Positions 61,948 through 64,000 of a DNA stretch of 64,000 nt are shown here, in pieces; the first letter of the stretch is position 1; each line of letters opens with the position of its first letter. Position numbers and translations under genes: made by a program. The stretch comes from an uncultured Verrucomicrobiae bacterium. GTDB lineage: Bacteria > Verrucomicrobiota > Verrucomicrobiia > Limisphaerales > Palsa-1400. The notes below the pieces were generated by a model that was not told the DNA's origin, did not search any database, and saw only the letters and a list, made by a program, of their open reading frames with translations. The stretch covers positions 3,136,001-3,200,000 of the forward strand of contig CAVXRD010000002.1 in the NCBI GenBank assembly GCA_963764165.1, written 5' to 3'.

Positions 61948-64000
61948 ATGACCGTTGTCGAGATTTTCGATGCGGCAGTTGAAGTGCCCGAAGCCGAGCG
62001 GGAAGCGTTTCTTCAACAAGCCTGTGGCGGCGACGAAACGCTGCTGCGGAAGGTGAGGGCTTTGCTTAGGGCCCATGACCGCACCTCTCATTTTCTGGAT
62101 CGACCTTTGGCCGTCGAACGTCCGGAGGGCGGTTCCGATTCTCCTATTGGTGAAAAAGTGGGTGATCAGATTGGCCGCTACAAGCTGTTGCAGCAAATAG
62201 GCGAAGGCGGTTGGGGCGTGGTCTTCATGGCAGAGCAAGAGAAACCAATTCGACGACAAGTGGCTCTGAAGATTGTGAAGCCGGGGATGGACACGAAAAA
62301 TGTGATTGCCCGTTTCGAGGCTGAACGCCAGGCGCTCGCGTTGATGGATCACACAAACATTGCCCACATTTATGATGCCGGGGCTACGGACAGCGGCAGA
62401 CCTTATTTCGTAATGGAGTTGATTCGGGGCGTAAAAGTGACTGATTATTGCGACCAGCATTCGCTGACCACAGCCGCGCGTTTGGAGTTATTCGCCGTCA
62501 TCTGTGACGCGGTTCAACATGCGCACCAGAAGGGGATCATACATCGGGACATCAAGCCTTCGAATATTTTGGTGACAGCAACAAGTGACGGACAACCAAT
62601 TCCCAAGGTCATTGATTTCGGAATCGCCAAGGCCACCACAAATCAACGGTTGACAGACAAAACGCTCTTTACAGCTTTTGAAATGCTCATTGGCACTCCC
62701 GCCTATATGAGTCCGGAGCAGGCAGCGTTTGCCAGCGTCGACGTGGATACTCGTAGCGATATTTACAGTCTCGGTGTGCTGCTCTACGAATTATTGACCG
62801 GCAAAACACCGTTCGATACACGTGAACTTCTTAAAACAGGACTCGACGAAGTCAGGCGAGTTATCCAAACGAAGACGCCGTCGCGCCCGTCCACGAGGCT
62901 CATCGGCATGGGATCGGATGAACTGACGGCTGTGTGCCTCCGACGTCATGCCGAGCCTCCCAAGCTTATACGACAATTGCGCGGCGATCTCGATTGCATT
63001 GTGATGAAGTCGATTGAGAAAGATCGCGCCCTGCGATTCCCAACGGCCAATGCGTTCGCCATGGAAATCCGGCGCTACCTGGCAGGTGAGCTGGTTTTGG
63101 CGCGCCCGCCAAGTCCTGCCTACCGGCTTCGAAAATTGTTCGCGCAGCACAAACTACTGCTCTCGGGCGTGAGCCTTCTTGTTGTTGGGTTGATCGCGCT
63201 TCTGGCCTTTATGGGTGTGCTGCTCGCCCGCGAAAAGGAGCTGCGCGAAAACGCGGAGGTGGTGGCGGCTGAAGGCCTGACCCATGCTTACGTTCAAGAT
63301 GGCAAACCGGAGCTTGCGGAAGCAACGTTTCTGCGCGGATTGGAAATTCAACGTAGACGAAACCCTGACTACCTGCCTCCAGTCCAAGCGGTTGACGACT
63401 TGATGTGGGCGCTGCTTTATATGCGGAAGTTTGACAAGGCGGAGGTGGTGATCAATGGGCTTCTCGCGCATGGCAGCACCAAAAGCACGAACTATGTTGC
63501 CCTTATGGGACTAAGCGCCGACGTCTTGGCGCGCAGTGGACGATGGGCCAAGGCGCAAGCACATGCCGAAAAGGCCCTGGCGGCCCTGCCATACGAGGTC
63601 GGCTGTTATCACAGATTGGCGCCGCTGATGGTTGCAAACCACGATATCGAGGGATATCAGGGGCTATGCCACCAGATTATATCTCGCAATCTCAAGGTTG
63701 ATAGTGTGTTTGCCGCCGATCAATTGGCCAAAGATTGTCTTATCCTTCCGTCTTCGGGAATTGATCCCAAAGTGGTGGTCCCTCTGGTCGAATTTGCCAT
63801 AACCAATGGGAAATCTTTTAGCGTTTACCCTTATTTCCAATGTTGCAAAGCGTTGGTGGAATATCGCCAGCAGCACTACGAAGAGGCCGCGAAATGGGCG
63901 CAAGATGCCTCAATGAATTCATATCCTTATTCTCAGGCCGAGGCCTTTGCGATCCTGAGCATGGCTCGTGTAAAATTAAGAGCACCAGATGCGAAACTTG
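61948..64000 (+). CDS. Membrane Ser/Thr protein kinase with TPR-like C-terminus; runs off the right edge
   Basis: Hand translation (absent from the ORF track): MTVVEIFDAAVE.., GEGGWG, VALK, HRDIKPSN, DFG, GTPAYMSPEQ, TM; open to the window end. Confidence 0.93.
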   Translation, partial: MTVVEIFDAAVEVPEAEREAFLQQACGGDETLLRKVRALLRAHDRTSHFLDRPLAVERPEGGSDSPIGEKVGDQIGRYKLLQQIGEGGWGVVFMAEQEKPIRRQVALKIVKPGMDTKNVIARFEAERQALALMDHTNIAHIYDAGATDSGRPYFVMELIRGVKVTDYCDQHSLTTAARLELFAVICDAVQHAHQKGIIHRDIKPSNILVTATSDGQPIPKVIDFGIAKATTNQRLTDKTLFTAFEMLIGTPAYMSPEQAAFASVDVDTRSDIYSLGVLLYELLTGKTPFDTRELLKTGLDEVRRVIQTKTPSRPSTRLIGMGSDELTAVCLRRHAEPPKLIRQLRGDLDCIVMKSIEKDRALRFPTANAFAMEIRRYLAGELVLARPPSPAYRLRKLFAQHKLLLSGVSLLVVGLIALLAFMGVLLAREKELRENAEVVAAEGLTHAYVQDGKPELAEATFLRGLEIQRRRNPDYLPPVQAVDDLMWALLYMRKFDKAEVVINGLLAHGSTKSTNYVALMGLSADVLARSGRWAKAQAHAEKALAALPYEVGCYHRLAPLMVANHDIEGYQGLCHQIISRNLKVDSVFAADQLAKDCLILPSSGIDPKVVVPLVEFAITNGKSFSVYPYFQCCKALVEYRQQHYEEAAKWAQDASMNSYPYSQAEAFAILSMARVKLRAPDAKL

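Overview
GC-rich bacterial chromosome segment. The gene families (PSD1/DUF1553-DUF1501 pair, TIGR02999-type ECF sigma factors paired with membrane Ser/Thr kinases, secreted proteins ending in an 'STNL..W..RFYR' domain) suggest Verrucomicrobiota, probably Pedosphaera-like; this is an inference. Left to right: a partial S53 sedolisin gene missed by the ORF track, then a ~7.6 kb decaying island integrated at tRNA-Leu(CAA). The island has a 32-bp att duplication, a tyrosine integrase, an excisionase remnant, a stand-alone WYL gene and a secreted Cys/His protein. Next come a kinase - 3x BspA-LRR - ECF cluster, a second kinase/ECF pair and housekeeping genes (ppdK, holB, accB, accC, thiE), with a frameshifted MazF/PemK toxin-antitoxin pair among them. 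A repeat-rich accessory zone holds an IS200-like HUH transposase with symmetric hairpin ends and a transposase-less copy. The window ends with sugar-catabolism and ClC genes, an IS66 remnant and a third kinase running off the right end. The most novel-looking signals are four. (1) An unannotated ~110-nt promoter-to-terminator sRNA converging on an AT-rich DUF5343-like gene. (2) A REP doublet inserted in frame inside a glycosyltransferase gene. (3) A shared ECF-like promoter motif linking kinases and secreted proteins. (4) Two orphan iteron-like arrays with the same architecture but different repeat units. All calls were made by eye from sequence motifs; no database searches were run.
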